64,000 nucleotides of DNA, taken from positions 16,931 to 80,930 of the forward strand of contig MCFE01000404.1 in assembly GCA_002104905.1 (NCBI GenBank). The letters are read 5' to 3'. The notes under the pieces are model-generated. The model saw only the letters and a program-made list of their open reading frames with translations. It made no database searches and was not told the origin of the DNA. Position 1 is the stretch's first letter, and each line of letters begins with the position of its first letter. The position numbers and the translations under genes are program-made. Source of the DNA: Basidiobolus meristosporus CBS 931.73. Its lineage: Eukaryota; Fungi; Basidiobolomycota. Shown piece after piece: positions 1 to 13,200 of this stretch.

Positions 1-2463
1 TATTCCTCAGTCATTGCAGATCTCCAAAACTTCATCTGAGGGCTATTTAGGGCCTCTTTTACAGTCTGGGGTTCATCAATACGGACTGAATAGGCATAGG
101 CTAAGTTTGTACCCTCATTGATATAGTAATATGGGCTATTTCTTGTCCAATTTGATCTCCAGACATTTGATACTGGAATGATCACTTCTGGGATATTCCT
201 GGGCACTGATTCTGGCTGAACCACAGTTGTAGAGTCCTCTGGAGTGAAAAAATTTTCATTGTTTTGCTCTGATTCAATCCTGACAATTGGTGGACTTGAG
301 ATCAAATTTTTGTCATCATGTGATGTCATTTTTGGTGAAAATTTTGAATTTTCATCAAACAACACATCCCTGGACTTGATAAGCTTCTTTGCTTTGGTAT
401 TGTAAAGTCTGTATGCCTTACTCTCATTGCAGTAGCCCAAAAATATGCATTTTACACTTTTTGGCTCAAATTTTGACTGATTTCCGGCCAGTTTTTTGGC
501 ATATGCTGTACACCCAAATATTCTTAGATGTTCTGCGCTTGGTCTGTATCCATACCATGCTTCAAATGGAGTAGAATCACAAAGTATTCTGTTATAACTC
601 CTATTTTTAAGATATACAGCAGTGGCAACTGATTCCGCCCAAAAATCATAGGATAGTTTTTGATCATGGATCATAGATCTTGCCATATCAATTGTTGATC
701 TGTTAGCTTGTTCTGCTGCTCCATTTTGCTGTGGGGAGTATGGTACAGTAGTCTCTTGCATTATCCCATGAATTTTGCAGAAGTGGATGAAGAGTTTTGA
801 GGTATATTCTCCACCATTGTCAGAGCATATTTTCTTGATTTTTTCACCAGTTTCTCTCTCCATCATGGCTTTAAACTCCCTGAGCTTAGACAGAGCTCCT
901 TCCTTTCTCTCCATGAAGTAGATCTGTGTGTATCTTGTATAATCATCAATAAAAGTGATTAAATACTTCATCCCACCTAAGGATAAATTTGCATAGGTCC
1001 ACACAGATCTGAGTGAATTAGATCTAATTTTTCTTAGTTTTGATTAACCCAGAGCTCTTGAACGGTTGTCTGGCTTGTTTCCTATATATGCAGGCTTTGC
1101 CAGTGCTCCAAATTAGCTGGGGGATCAGTTTTCACTCCAGAAATTAGCTGATCTTTGATCATTTTACGCAAATAATCAAAATTGATGTGTCCAAATATCC
1201 TGTGCCAAAGCATTGGTGTTTCTTCATTTAAGTTACCTATATTGGCCTCCAAATATGCTGGAATGTAAGTCAACTTGTATAGATTCTGATCTCTGATGCC
1301 CAAAGCAATATGGGCACCATTTTGATCAGTGATCCTGCATCCAGAATTGTCAAACTGAAACTGAGTCCTTCTGCTGTGGCCTTGCTTACAGAGAGTAGGT
1401 TCTTGGCTATTTCTGGTACATAGAGTACTTCTTTAAAGGTCAGTGTATGGCTTCCTTCACTGCTTCTTAGGCTTACTTGGATAGTTCCTTCTCCCACTGC
1501 ATCAAGTGTTCTATTGTCACCCATGAAAACCTTCTTAATTGGAATTTCTTGATATTGGGTAAAAAGTTCTTTTTGGTGTGTAAAGTGTTGAGAAGCTCCA
1601 GAGTCAATATACCACGTCTGAGAATCCTTGTTTGTGGTCATATTTAGTGCAGATATGAATAGTCTATCTTCAGTTGTTGCAGCATTTCCATATTCAGGCT
1701 TCTTTTGCTGATTATCTTTCTTTTTGAGACACCGGTCTGATGTGTGTCCTTTCCTTTTGCAGTAGTTACAAAACAGGTTGTTGTTGCCTTTGTAGGGTCT
1801 TGGGTACCTCCTTTGTTGGTTATCATTGCTTATTAAAGCATTTTCTTCTTCCTTCTTATTGGCGCTTGATTTTCTTAATTCTTCATCCAGGAGCCTTCCA
1901 TATACGTAATTTAAGGTCAAATCTTCAGTTCTGGACTCTAGGGCTGATACAAGGCCCTGAAGCTTGTTTGTCAGGCTATTCAGGATGGTAACTATCACAT
2001 CCTCATCAGTAGTTGGTACACCCACAGATTCCATCTCATCTACCAGCAAGGTAATTCTGTTGATTAGATTTTTCATTTCTTCTCCTGGCAGCATCTTTGT
2101 AGTAAAGAATTTTTGTCTCAGATACATTTTCTTGGCAGCTGAACATGACTGGTAGGTGTCTTCTAATGCCTTCCAGGCATTCTTTGCCGTTTTGCTCTTG
2201 AGCATTGAATTAGCAATTTGTCCTTGACATTAAGGCATATGCAGTTAAAGGCACTTAGTTCTTTCTTCTGGTACTTTAAGGCTTCCTCTCCCACGTTTTT
2301 AGGAGGGCATTCTTCTCCCATGACAATATTCCAAAGGCCTCTTTCTTGTAGCAGCATCTTCATCTTCACCTTCCACACTTGGTAGTTAGATCCATCCAAC
2401 TTTTCAGCAGAGGGAAAAATTCCAGTAATAGCAGTAGTAGACATTGCAGAGAGTGACAGCTTG

Positions 2464-2475
2464 GGGCTCATAACC
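2464..2475 (-). other. Primer-binding site GGTTATGAGCCC (half-tRNAiMet type)
   Basis: Immediately follows the LTR end ...CAACA on the minus strand. Matches the known copia/Ty5-type PBS. Confidence 0.8.
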
Positions 2476-2825
2476 TGTTGTAAGAGTCTTGGAGATATTG
2501 GAAGTGATTCGGAGAACAAGTAGATTATGTGGTTTTCACTTAATGATTTATAGAATGTAAAAGTAGTATTTATACTTTTACCTGATCTTGGCATTACAAA
2601 CACGTAGAATAGACTAAGGAAGGTCCCAAGAACATGTGTGCAAAGTTTGGGGCTGCTTTGGACAACTTATCAAATTTTCATGTTCTGGGTACCTGGTATT
2701 TTGGTGAAAATATTCCAAGTAAATCCCAACAAGGAATTTGGTCAGTATTCTCTAGGATTTGAAGGTGATGATCTAAGTGACTAAGTTAGGCAAATATTTT
2801 GGTGGAAATACAAATTTTTACAACA
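2476..2825 (-). repeat. 5' LTR of the Copia element (350 bp)
   Basis: Bounded by perfect 8-bp inverted termini TGTTGTAA...TTACAACA and directly abuts the PBS. Confidence 0.8.
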
Positions 2826-2829
2826 GATA

Positions 2830-3650
2830 TATGGCTAGCTGCATCACAGCTGTCCATTTTTCCCATGTACATGGAAAGTTGCATCCTGGAACAATTTTTG
2901 CAACAAGTGGTCATAAATCCTTAGAGCTTCCATTACCAGTATAGGTGGAACCATGCCATTTGTCTAGCCAATATAATCATATCACTTATTAGTGAATTGA
3001 TTATCTCATCACACATTGGGATTTTAATGGTTGCATGCAGGGTACTGATGTGGGGGGAGATAGGCTCACAATTTATCAGTGAGTCTATGTACAGGCCATA
3101 TTCAGAAGGCTGCAGTGAGCTAGAAGTAGTTGCAAGCTTACCCAATTCAGTTTGTGAAAGGTAGAAAGTGTGCCTAGGTACCATTATAGACATCTGTGGG
3201 GGAGACCAACCCATGCAGCATTGAAGCACCCCTGTGAAAAATCTTCAAACTTGGAATTCATCTAATCTTTGACTGGTATTGTGCTGGTACTCTAATGATA
3301 TTTGGCTGGTGATCAACAGGTATTTTCTGTGCAAATTATGAGTTGCAATTTTTGATGGAAGTGGTGAGCAGCTAATCACCAAGTTTGATATGGATGCTAA
3401 TTGGCCTAGTCTCCTCTGTGGAGAATATGTCTGCTTGTCTGCCCAACAGCTAGTACCTGATATACTGAGAGTTGTCAGTTTTGAGAAACTTAGAATTCAG
3501 CTGATGTGATGATGGTGTTCTGCTGGCTGTTTCTTAATATTTTTCTTAGGGAGCCTTGATCTACTTCAGTCCAGTATATCAGCATCAGCATCCTGGATGC
3601 TAGTTTCCATTCTCTTCAGATGTGGCATTTGACAATAGGCCTACACAGGG
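2830..3650 (-). pseudogene. Degenerate Ty3/Gypsy pol relic
   Basis: ORF 2933-3229 has TIKIPMCDEIINSL...MAWFHL, resembling the Gypsy RT 'YPLPRIDELL..L...GFHQ' segment. CpG-poor, many stops. Confidence 0.4.
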
Positions 3651-5003
3651 TTAGGATGCCAAAATAGATTTGCAAGCAGTATGACAAGCATGCACATACA
3701 TGTATCAGAACACCTGGGGTTCAACTTACAAGTTGTGGAATAGACTGAAGAGCATTATCATGGTTGGGGGCCATTTGGTTGACAAGGAAGAATTCCTGTA
3801 TCTCCACTACCCTGTGTGGCCCAAGCAACCACCAGCTAGTTCTCCTGCCACCTGGGCGAGCGCTCAGCAAGGTTGGATCAAATGGATCCTTGTAACACCC
3901 CAGCCATGCAGCCACCAGCCATGACACAGGATAACGCCAACCCTGAATGCACGTAGCCCATGATACACCTTGATGTTTGGCAGTCTTGAGTAGTTGAGGT
4001 GACCGTGATGGGGGCTTATTCTGAGACCAATGATTTGAAAGGATTGCTGCTGGTGGATGGATCAAACGAAGGTGAGGGATTTCGAGTTGGGACGGAACGA
4101 CCTTTGGATAGTCGGAGGGTTACGTTGCTACGGTGAGACCTGGTGAGATGCAAACAATGTCTGAGGGGTGTCTGGGCCACTTGCGGAGTCCCTGTCGCCT
4201 CAAGGAGCCCACAATCCTGGCGCAACCCTCGCCAGTTAAGAGAGTCACGCCAAGCCCACTTGCCAAATCCCAAACCAAAATCGAGGATGACCCAAGGAAT
4301 CATGGCCATCATTGGCAGTCGCCCCCCATGGGTTGCACTTCGCCGCTCACTCCAAGGCTTAAGCCGCAGACGTGCCCACCCACTTGCAGATTCGTGATCC
4401 GGAAGCCGCGCACGGGATCACGCCATATTGGGTATGACTGCAGTTGGCGAGAACCGTGCCAGGGTTGGATGTTTTGGGGGAGGGAAGAGAGACCTTCGAA
4501 ATGCAACCTTTCTCTCCATCTTCGTCAGCACTTCCACGGTTTGGATGGCTCACCCAATGAGTCGCCGGTCATCCCATCGCATCACGATTTGAGTTGGATT
4601 AGGGGGAGAGGAACCGGCTTGGAACCATCCGCAGCGGTTCGGGTGGGCATCATCACCCCGATCGCCGAGTGCACACATTAGGGTTAGCATCAGCATCAAC
4701 TGGACACCAAGCTGCACAGGCAAGTAAGGCCATCCCCACGACCATTTTCCACTTTGCAGAGGTTTGCAAGCAGCAATCGGCAGTGGACCGACCCACCACC
4801 CAACAGGACGAAAGTGAGCAGAGCAGCCAATCATCGGGGTAAGAGGGGAATTTCGCCCAAGTGCATCTTGGGTGAGATCTTTTTTCCAAAACGGGGCCAC
4901 GCTAAATGGGGTTTTAGTTGACCATGACGGAGGATATTTTCCGATGGGTTTCATCTAATGCACGTCGCTTTTCCATTTGGAGATGACCAAGGGTAGAACG
5001 AGA

Positions 5004-5033
5004 GGGAGTGGGAGTGGGAGTGGGAGTGGGAGT
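5004..5033 (+). repeat. (GGGAGT)5 microsatellite, G-quadruplex-capable
   Basis: Five perfect GGGAGT units read directly. Confidence 0.9.
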
Positions 5034-5996
5034 GGGGGAATGCGAATGGTGGATGGTGAAGCCAGTTTGGATTAAGGTGATCGGTCGAGTGATAATGAAG
5101 CACCAAGAGCGGACCAATCATTTGGGTGGGACCTAATTTCGCGACTGGCCTATTTTGTCATCATTCTCGGCCGGTTAGATCAGGTTGGGGAGAATGTTGG
5201 TGTGCGGTGGGAAGGTCGAGAAATGGGAATTTGGCACCGTGTCAGTTCGTATCCCAGGGAATGCCAATTCAGTGCGCCTCTCTTCGAGTCCGTGACAGGG
5301 TCTCACCGTGATCTCTCCAACCTTACGTCTGGGGTGGGTCATATTACTTTGTGCGACGTGGTCGGGTTTAAAGTGTTGCTGCTTCGGTGACATGGATGGA
5401 CTGGGGGGTCACACATGGCAACTCTCCGCTGTGGATCCGTCATGTCTGTGTTCGCGTACACATGTATACATACATACATATATACGTAGTGACCGATGCT
5501 AAATCTCTTTGCCGAGTCAACATCCTTGTCCATGAGCTAGGGTTAGGGATAGGGTTGACCTCGCTAAACCGACAAGTGCGTAACACCTGTTTAAGGCTGA
5601 ACCGGTTTGCGCTTAGGAACCAGCCGAAACCATCAGAAACTTCGATGAACAACCTTGAGAATCCCTCAACTCTCGATCACCCAGTGTGTCAACCCACCCA
5701 ACGCTATCAAGTTAATAGAAACGACGACAACCGGCCACGAATAGAGATGGGGATTAGGGCCGAGTTGTAAGACCATGGCTTCGTCAACAGCATTATTGGA
5801 TTCATCTCAGTCAGCAAATCACGAAGGTTCGATGCGGCAGGGTTTCACGCACATATTGGAGCCAAGTTTCTGCATAATCGATGGTTCCACAAGGGCAGGT
5901 GACCCCGAGCATTACAAATGAGAGCAACGTGAAGGGTCAGGTTTGGCGAGATTTTATAACCGGAGGTTTGGTCGGAGCCTTGGTCACTAAACTTTT

Positions 5997-7226
5997 ATGG
6001 GTGCCACCTTTTATCTCGGTAGTCTGATAGGAAGCTCTCTCAGTACCATCGCCAGTTTCTTCCTGGTGTTATGCTACGTGTTGTTCCCCTCCTGTCGGAC
6101 GTATAGACATCGGCTGATTCTCAGCCTTTCCATCGCGGGTTAGGCTCACCACATGCTCTCTCACCACCAGTCCAACCGTCTCTAACCCCGACCCTCCTGA
6201 CAGATTTCCTCAACGCTTTAAACAACACGGTGTCCGGCGCCAAGCTGGCCGTGGAGGGCTCCTTACACGAGAGCCTGTTTTGTACGGTGAACGGCTTCGT
6301 AGGACAATTGACTGTGCAGGTAGTTAGATGGACAGTATGTAGATCCCCCCCCCTAACCCCGTATTAACTTCGAATCTCCTCAGGCACAGGATTTCTCCAC
6401 CCTGATCATTGCCATCGCCACTTTCGTCGCATTGTCGAATCCTCTGCGTTGGATCCGTGGCTTGAGCTTCATCCAAATCCACGAGGTTTGGATACACCTG
6501 TTTATTTGGGGAGTCCCCCTGACCACCGCCATGATTGGACTACTGACGGTCGGCTACGTTCCTGGTAAGTGTTCTGGTCAATGATCTCCGAGATCACCCC
6601 ACTGACGCTGGCTCCCCTTAGTGAGTGGGAACTGGTGCTGGTTGCCCGCAGAACCAGTATGGGTCCGCTACGCACTAACCCACGGGATCCGGTTCGCGAT
6701 CATCCCCACCGTGCTCCTGATCTACCTCCGGCTGTTCATAATACTGAAGCGATCCAGTCCAGACGATGCGTTCTACAGTCAAACCAAATACCCCAGCCAG
6801 GATGCGGTGGTTGAACCCGCCTCGGGATACAACGACTCGCTGAACTCCGGCTTCTCCGACGTCGAGCACGAACCTCCCCGGGGAAAGTGGAGTGGGTTCT
6901 GGGTCAAGATGGGGTGGAGGAGGCTCACCTCCACGTCTGGGAAAACCGACACCACCCCGATGGTGATGAGATCCCTCAACAGCGATAAGCGGATAGCCAC
7001 GGCGATGTTGAGGATGTGTATATACCCCGTGATGTACACTGTCTGCTGGGTGCCCGGCATATCGAATCGAATCCTAGAGATCAGCGGCGGCAAGAGTGAG
7101 CTGCTCGCCACGCTACAGGCGGCCACCCAATTCATCGGGTTCTTTGACGCACTGCTGTACGGGATAACCGAGAATCTACGGCACGAGATTCGGGAGCTCT
7201 GTAGCGGATATGGAGAAAAAAGCTAG
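5997..7226 (+). CDS. 7-TM GPCR, Git3/cAMP-receptor-like (4 exons)
   Basis: Spliced reading MGATFYLGSLIGSSLSTIASFFLVLCYVLFPSCRTYRHRLILSLSIAD-FLNALNN...FCTVNGFVGQLTVQ-AQDFSTLIIA...GNWCW...YPVMYTVCWVPG...GFFDALLYG. Three GT-AG introns with CTAAC branch points. Confidence 0.8.
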
Positions 7227-7407
7227 TCAGCATCACCATCTCCAGTTCCAACCCTTACCCCATCCACTACCCTTCCCCCCAATACCATCATCACCAACAC
7301 CATCGTAATCTTAATATTTCCCAAATAAAGCCAACCTCTTCCCCTTGGATACTACTCAAATGGCGGTTTATTTGGTTTACATGCGGTCACTATGCTTCGT
7401 ACAGGAA

Positions 7408-7965
7408 TCAGTTTTCGGGGATCTCGACCTCACCAGCATCGATGGCATCGGTAAGGTCCTTGGGGTTTTGTCCGTCAACGGTGCAACCAACCGAGAAACA
7501 GGTTCCGAGGATCTCCTTGACGGTTCCGCTCAACTCACGAGCCAAAGACTTGTAACGCATGGTTCTGGCGATCTCGATGACATCGTCGAGGGTGATGTTA
7601 CCGCTGTGCTTGATGTTCTTCTCCTTCTTACGATCACGGATGGGCTCCTTGAGGGCTCTGATGACCAGAGAGGAGGCGGAGGGGACGACCGAGACGGCGG
7701 CTTGACGGTTTTGGATGGTCAATTGAACGGTGATTCTGAGACCCTTCCATTCCTGAGTGGCCTTGGCGATGTCTTCACCGACCTTCTTGGGGGAGAGACC
7801 GAGAGGACCGATCTTGGGAGCCAGGGCAGAGGAAGCACCTACTTCACCACCGGTGGCTCTAAGATAGACTACGAGACAGCGTTAACATCCCTCTTGGGGG
7901 CTGGTTGGGAATCGAGGCGACTACTTACTGATCTTGACTTCGTTGGGGTCGGCTTTGGGTGGCAT
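7408..7965 (-). CDS. RPL12: 60S ribosomal protein L12 (uL11), 1 intron
   Basis: [12 protein letters not shown], intron at about 7870-7928, then [37 protein letters not shown]...[14 protein letters not shown]. Confidence 0.97.
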
Positions 7966-8429
7966 GTTAACTCAAACGATGGATGGATCCACAGTAATCT
8001 ACAAAAGATCCGGTACCAAACGGTGGAAAGGAAGGCTTCCCAGGGAATCCGGTAATTTTTAAGAATCCCCGATTTTTTCGTCCGGCCCGGGACCCCCCGA
8101 TCGTGATGCTCAACGCATCAGCACCGTTTCAACCATGAGATTATCATGTGAGGGGGCCATTTGCTTGAGAAACCCAAGAACAATGGATGTTGTTCGCCGC
8201 CAATGACGTCGCCATCCCTCAAGGAACCGCTGAGTTGTCTGATTTTGGCATGAGTGCGTACCCCTCATCCCATAGAGGCATGTTTAGGAAACCAGTTTCC
8301 ACTGACGAGGTGGCTAAGCCACCAGGCCATATAAAGTGCCAAGAGTACTGGGGCATTAGCAGAATTTTAGTCCTCAACCACGACCCACCCTCCCCTTTAG
8401 CGAACTCACCACTTGACGATTTGTTCTGC

Positions 8430-8726
8430 ATGGATACAAAGAAGGATATCAACGTGTGCTCTACCTGTGGACCCTCCTGTGGGTGTGGTGCGAACTGTCA
8501 ATGCACAAGCTCAGAGGTGAAAGCGGCCGGTTGCGGCTGTGGCCCCGGCAAGGACGGCCAAGTCAACACCTGCTCGTGTGCAGGAACCAAGGGCGCCTCT
8601 TGCAATTGTGGGCCGAATTGTAAATGCGCTGACAAAGGAAAAGAGAAGCCTATTCATGCCTGCTCGTGTGGCGGCTCTGGGAATGGAACCTGCACCTGCG
8701 GGCCAAATTGCCAGTGTTCTCATTAA
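8430..8726 (+). CDS. Metallothionein-like protein (98 aa, 20 Cys)
   Basis: MDTKKDINVCSTCGPSCGCGANCQC...; three CxCGxNCxC modules. The ATG at 8430 is more plausible than the ORF-track start. Confidence 0.8.
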   Translation: MDTKKDINVCSTCGPSCGCGANCQCTSSEVKAAGCGCGPGKDGQVNTCSCAGTKGASCNCGPNCKCADKGKEKPIHACSCGGSGNGTCTCGPNCQCSH

Positions 8727-8954
8727 ACGAATGTAAACAACCTACTTAATTCAAGTGAAATAAAATGTTCCATATTTCTCGAAGATTGTCACTGCATCCG
8801 AAGGGGCCGCTCTCACAGATGTCGGCCACTCTGCCTGCATAAACTAGTGGGATACCTGTGAATACGAGATTTCGTGGAGCTTTGCCGATTCACATGGCTT
8901 TTGGGTACGAAGCAATAGAGGCATTTTATTAAGTACATGTAATTGACAAAGTGA

Positions 8955-9725
8955 TCATTCATCCAAACGCATCAGAAGGTACTCCACTTCCACCTCCTTA
9001 GTGAGAGGGATCACGTAATCTTTGTAGAGGTCGATGACGGCATCCACGGCGATCTTACTAACCTTGTCTGGAATCGCCCCATCTGTGGATATGTCTTGGC
9101 CATAAATCGAGGCCTTGTGACGAAGACGCTTCAGTAGCTTTTCTTCGACGGCCAGGTTGGTGAGCAGATCGTAGATTCCCTGGGAGTCACGGGCCTTGAT
9201 GAGCTGCACGTACTGGTCGTGGAGTTCGGGGTCGTTGAATTTCGCCTCGGCGATGAATTTTCCGTAATGGATACGGCGCGAGAGAGCTTGGAGACACTCG
9301 ACGTCTCTGGTCGCGGAAGTCCCGTAGTTCAGGTCATCCCCGTGGGCGCAAATGGTGGGGACGATCTTCTGAATGTAGATCTCGTAAAGTTTCTTGTTGA
9401 TGTTGATGTTGTTGGGGTGCAGGATCTTGGGGTAGTCCAAGGGAGGTAGGATGGGCTCCGGAAGGTTGGAAGTGAAAGGGTACTCGTCCGGACTGGTGTA
9501 TCGCCGAACCTTGGCGTGAGAGATCTCTAGTTCGTGAAGAATGTACTCGAGAAAGGAAACGTTCGCTCGGTCCTCGAATTTGAACTTGCCCACTTGGTAG
9601 ATGGAGTTGTTCGTGGCGAACTGGGCCCGCTCGATCAGAGCAAATATGATGGTGTCTTCGAGACGGATCAAGGTGTCTCGGAATTGATCCAAAGGCAAAT
9701 CATTACCAGTCTTGAGAAAATCCAT
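8955..9725 (-). CDS. ARO7: Chorismate mutase (eukaryotic AroQ type)
   Basis: LDQFRDTLIRLEDTIIFALIERAQF, RRYTSPDEYPF, CLQALSRRIHYGKFIAEAKF, VIPLTKEVEVEYL. Intronless. Confidence 0.97.
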   Translation of the reverse strand: MDFLKTGNDLPLDQFRDTLIRLEDTIIFALIERAQFATNNSIYQVGKFKFEDRANVSFLEYILHELEISHAKVRRYTSPDEYPFTSNLPEPILPPLDYPKILHPNNININKKLYEIYIQKIVPTICAHGDDLNYGTSATRDVECLQALSRRIHYGKFIAEAKFNDPELHDQYVQLIKARDSQGIYDLLTNLAVEEKLLKRLRHKASIYGQDISTDGAIPDKVSKIAVDAVIDLYKDYVIPLTKEVEVEYLLMRLDE

Positions 9726-10279
9726 GGCTTCTGTTCAAATACTTCCCGCTCTACCAGCGCAGTGACTTATAAAGGATTGTATTGCCATTGTGAAAATTTG
9801 TACCACATGCATCAATTTCTTTAGGGAGAAGGAATGCTGATAACCATGCTAGCATGGAATAAACACCACTCGCATACACATAAATGCAGAGCAAATGTGA
9901 CTCATCGGGCCATATCAGGAAGATCTCATAGACCGATAAGGGCAATCGGAAAAGGAGAAATGCCCAGAATAAGAGGATTGCGGATATATTAGTGCAAAGA
10001 AGGGGTGAGGGCTAGGGTTGGGCTGGTTGTGCACAAAGCCTATCTTCAACAGGCTCGCACTTCCAGACCCACATAAACTGGGAAGAGACACTATTGCACC
10101 CACTCTAAAAATATTGACTAACCCCGAGATTAACCCTAAGATTAACCCATAATAAACAATAGCCATCATGCTTATGCTTATGCTGGCTGCTGTATTCCTA
10201 ACCGAGGGAAACATATTTATTGGTGTAGAGGATCAAAATGAAGTTACATGAAACAATGTTCTAGCTTGAAGGATATATT

Positions 10280-13200
10280 TTACAACCACTGCATCCACAT
10301 ACAGTCCATTTGTGAGAGTTTGCTTGGATTACTAGCCTGCGCAACCAGATCCAAAACCGCCTGATTGATGGAGCCCGAGGTGGGTGAGGCCGGATTCTTA
10401 TCTTTCACAGATCTGTAGGAGACGTTTTGAATCCGGCTCAATACTCCGTTGACATTTTGCAGAACCTGTTCCTTGAGTGGCTTGTTCTTGGGCGTTGCCG
10501 GTGGGAGATTCGCACCCTGCCACGTGACGAGCTCGTCGTGAAGGAACACGCAAAGGTAATCCATTAGGTTGCTCTCCGACTCGATCAAACATTGGGCAAT
10601 GGCCATGAAGGAGCTATTGAAGATCCCTTCGATGCCGACGGGGGTGATGAAGTTTTGGATATTAGGAGTGAATCTGAATGGCACTGGCTCTGGGTCGGTC
10701 TGGGTTACGGCCAGTTGATCCGGTGCAGTTGAGGGATGTAGCTCTGCGGACCATATATTGCCACTGGCTCGTGAGATGTGTATTTTGTGTGGGTACCGCT
10801 GTCCAATGCATAGAGCGTAGCTCATAAACGACACTGCAGCCATCTGCGTAGTGAACTGCTTCCTCATAGTAAAGAGGTCGCAGTAAGAGCTCATAGTGTT
10901 CTCCATGTACTTGGAAAGTAGTGTATCAGGCACCATCTTGGTGGATATTTCGTCGGCAAGCTCGATCTTCAAATCAACAATCTCTTGCTTATCTTTCTTC
11001 TCTGATCCAAGCGTGCGAAGCTTATCCAGGTAGAAGATCACCGGTTCATCTTTGTGCATGCCTACCTCGTCACAATATTCTTCATAGATCTCTTGCAATG
11101 AAGTGTAGGAGGGATCGTCTTGAACGAGTCGGGTGTTAGGCGCCAAGGGAACAGCAATTGGAAGATGGAAGGAAAGGCTCCTTTGGCGACTCTCTCTTCT
11201 CTTGGCCAGGATACAGTTCATAAGTCTGAAGAACTGTGTGGTTCTCTCCTCTCTTCGGCTGAATTTCGGTGAGGGATGCTGGATGCAGAAAGGATGTAAA
11301 CTACCGTCATGGCCTCGGATGGTGATCGCCTTGAAGTAGTTTCCATCACGTCGGAAGGTTCTGATTTCAGGTTGGAACCGGTCGATTCGGATGAAATCGT
11401 TACTGTCGTCCTTCAGGAGAAGATACTGCCCGGGAATCTCGACATCGTCGAATTTCTGATGTCCAAACTCTACCAGATAATGGCTATACTGCTCAAGGTT
11501 GTGGCGACGGGGCCGATTGTCCAGTAAGGCCTCAAACCTATCCCTCCACTCGCGTAACTTCACGATATACTGACTAAGTGTGAGCTTCTCTTCAATAAAA
11601 TCACGTTGGAACGCCAGCTTGACATGGCCCGGATAGAGAGTATCAGCAAAGCGTTTCAATGTCACCTCGATCGCAGTTGGAATTTGGTCAGTGAAGACCA
11701 TGTTGTCTATTTGAGTGCTGGCCAGCTTAACCGTGTCGTTCAGGAATATGGAGAGAATTCGGTAGATGTCCTCGTCAGAGGTGGGCTTGAGACGCTGGAG
11801 GATTTGATCGACCATCGTTTCCATAGACAATGCAAGTAAAGGATATGCGGTTTTCAGAATGGCCACGATTTCCTCTACATGTTCCCATGGATGTCTAGGG
11901 CTCGATCCGCCAGAACTTCCATTGCTTGGTGACTTCTCCGCACTAGCGGCGGTAGCACCTGGCTCGGACTTTGGCTGTGGATCAGCCGCCTTACCATTGG
12001 TGTCCCCTTCAGGTTTGGTTTCATTTCCTAGCTCGTTAGACTCGGAAGTGCTATGGTTCGAATCAGTGTTCATAGCCGAGTCTGAATTAGATGCCTGGGC
12101 ATCCGAGGATTTGTTGTCGGTGTTTGTTGGGGTGGCAACCGGAGTGCTGGAAGTTCCGCTGTTCATGGTGGAGGACTGCCTACGCACGATGCCGTATTCT
12201 TCCTTTGTTGTTCTTAAGATGTAGTGCAATGCCTTGAAAGGGAAATGAGTAAGTGTTCACTAGCAAAGAAAACAAACGAAAGTACCTGTGGATATGCTTT
12301 CGCAATCTTGATTAGGATGTGGCGAGAAACCTTCGCCTCACGTTGCGACAGACAAATCAACAACTGCGGGATAAACGTGATCCAATACCAGACAGGCACC
12401 TCCCCTTTGTAGTTCTCGAATGCGGCGGCAATACTGCCTTGAGCATCGTCGAGACTTAACAACCATAGAATTCTAGCCAAAAATTTGCGAGATTTGGCAT
12501 TCTTGTAGGTACCGGCAGCATGAAGATAGCAATCCACTGCATGCACAGCCCAAGAAATTTCGTTGGGCTTTTCTTTGAACATCTGATCGTTGTATTGTCC
12601 CCACGCTCCCCATCCCTTGGCAAATGCCATGGTTGGATCGATCTGGATGGCCGTGGAAAATCCTTGATTTGCTTCCTCGTGCATGCCCAACCTTGACAAG
12701 AACAACCCCTTCAGGGTGAAGAACTCGGCTTTCTGTTGAGAGCCAAAGTACATGAGATTCGTGTTGTTAATCACATCCAAGCCGATGGCAAGTTCCACTG
12801 GATTCTGGAAGTGGCACTTCGCCTGCTCACGAAGCTTGAGGAACGCCTCCTGGATCTCAATATTCGGAAGGGTGTAGATTTGATTAAGGTAACTGATGCA
12901 CACATCAACCAGATGATGCTTCCTCGCCACATGAGCAAACCGATTAATAATCCAAGCCGTTTCATGATATCCGCGATAAGCAAACGAGTTGCTGTTGGAG
13001 TTGCTTGCTCCATTGGCCTTCAGCAACGGTATCAATGGAAGGTAAGTCTTGTTGATGATATTGAAGATGTGACGTCTCCAGGCAACAAGGTCGCTCCAGA
13101 CATTGATGTCGTCCCAGATGTTGGGGAGTCTATCTCGCCAGGTTTGCAAGACTGCCTTTAGCTCTTGTGAGCGAACGTCCAGATTCGAAGCATCCGTCGC

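Larger units (their letters stand above)
1..2825 (-). mobile_element. Ty1/Copia LTR retrotransposon, 5' part (LTR, gag, protease, integrase); frameshifted and runs off the window start
   Basis: Motifs in order: KLDGSNYQVWKVKMKMLL (Copia gag N-terminus), CNYCKRKGHTSDRC knuckle, WYIDSGASQH protease, LWHRIFGHINF (GAG-pre-integrase), then CSDNGGEYTS and YSPQQNG of the integrase core at about 720-830. Integrase follows protease directly, the Copia order. Frameshifts near 2205 and 1300. Confidence 0.95.

Noticed and set aside
3647-3655. AGGGTTAGG near the end of the Gypsy relic as a healing junction
   Set aside because: It is a single short word, has no shared tail after it, and does not coincide with the compositional boundary.
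6180-6360. CTAACCC motifs in the GPCR gene as telomeric relics
   Set aside because: They are CTAAC intron branch points just upstream of AG acceptors.
7345-8055. 236-aa plus-strand ORF (also 31926-32327 and many ORFs antisense to TRA1)
   Set aside because: These are antisense shadows of highly biased real genes (RPL12, RPL31, TRA1).
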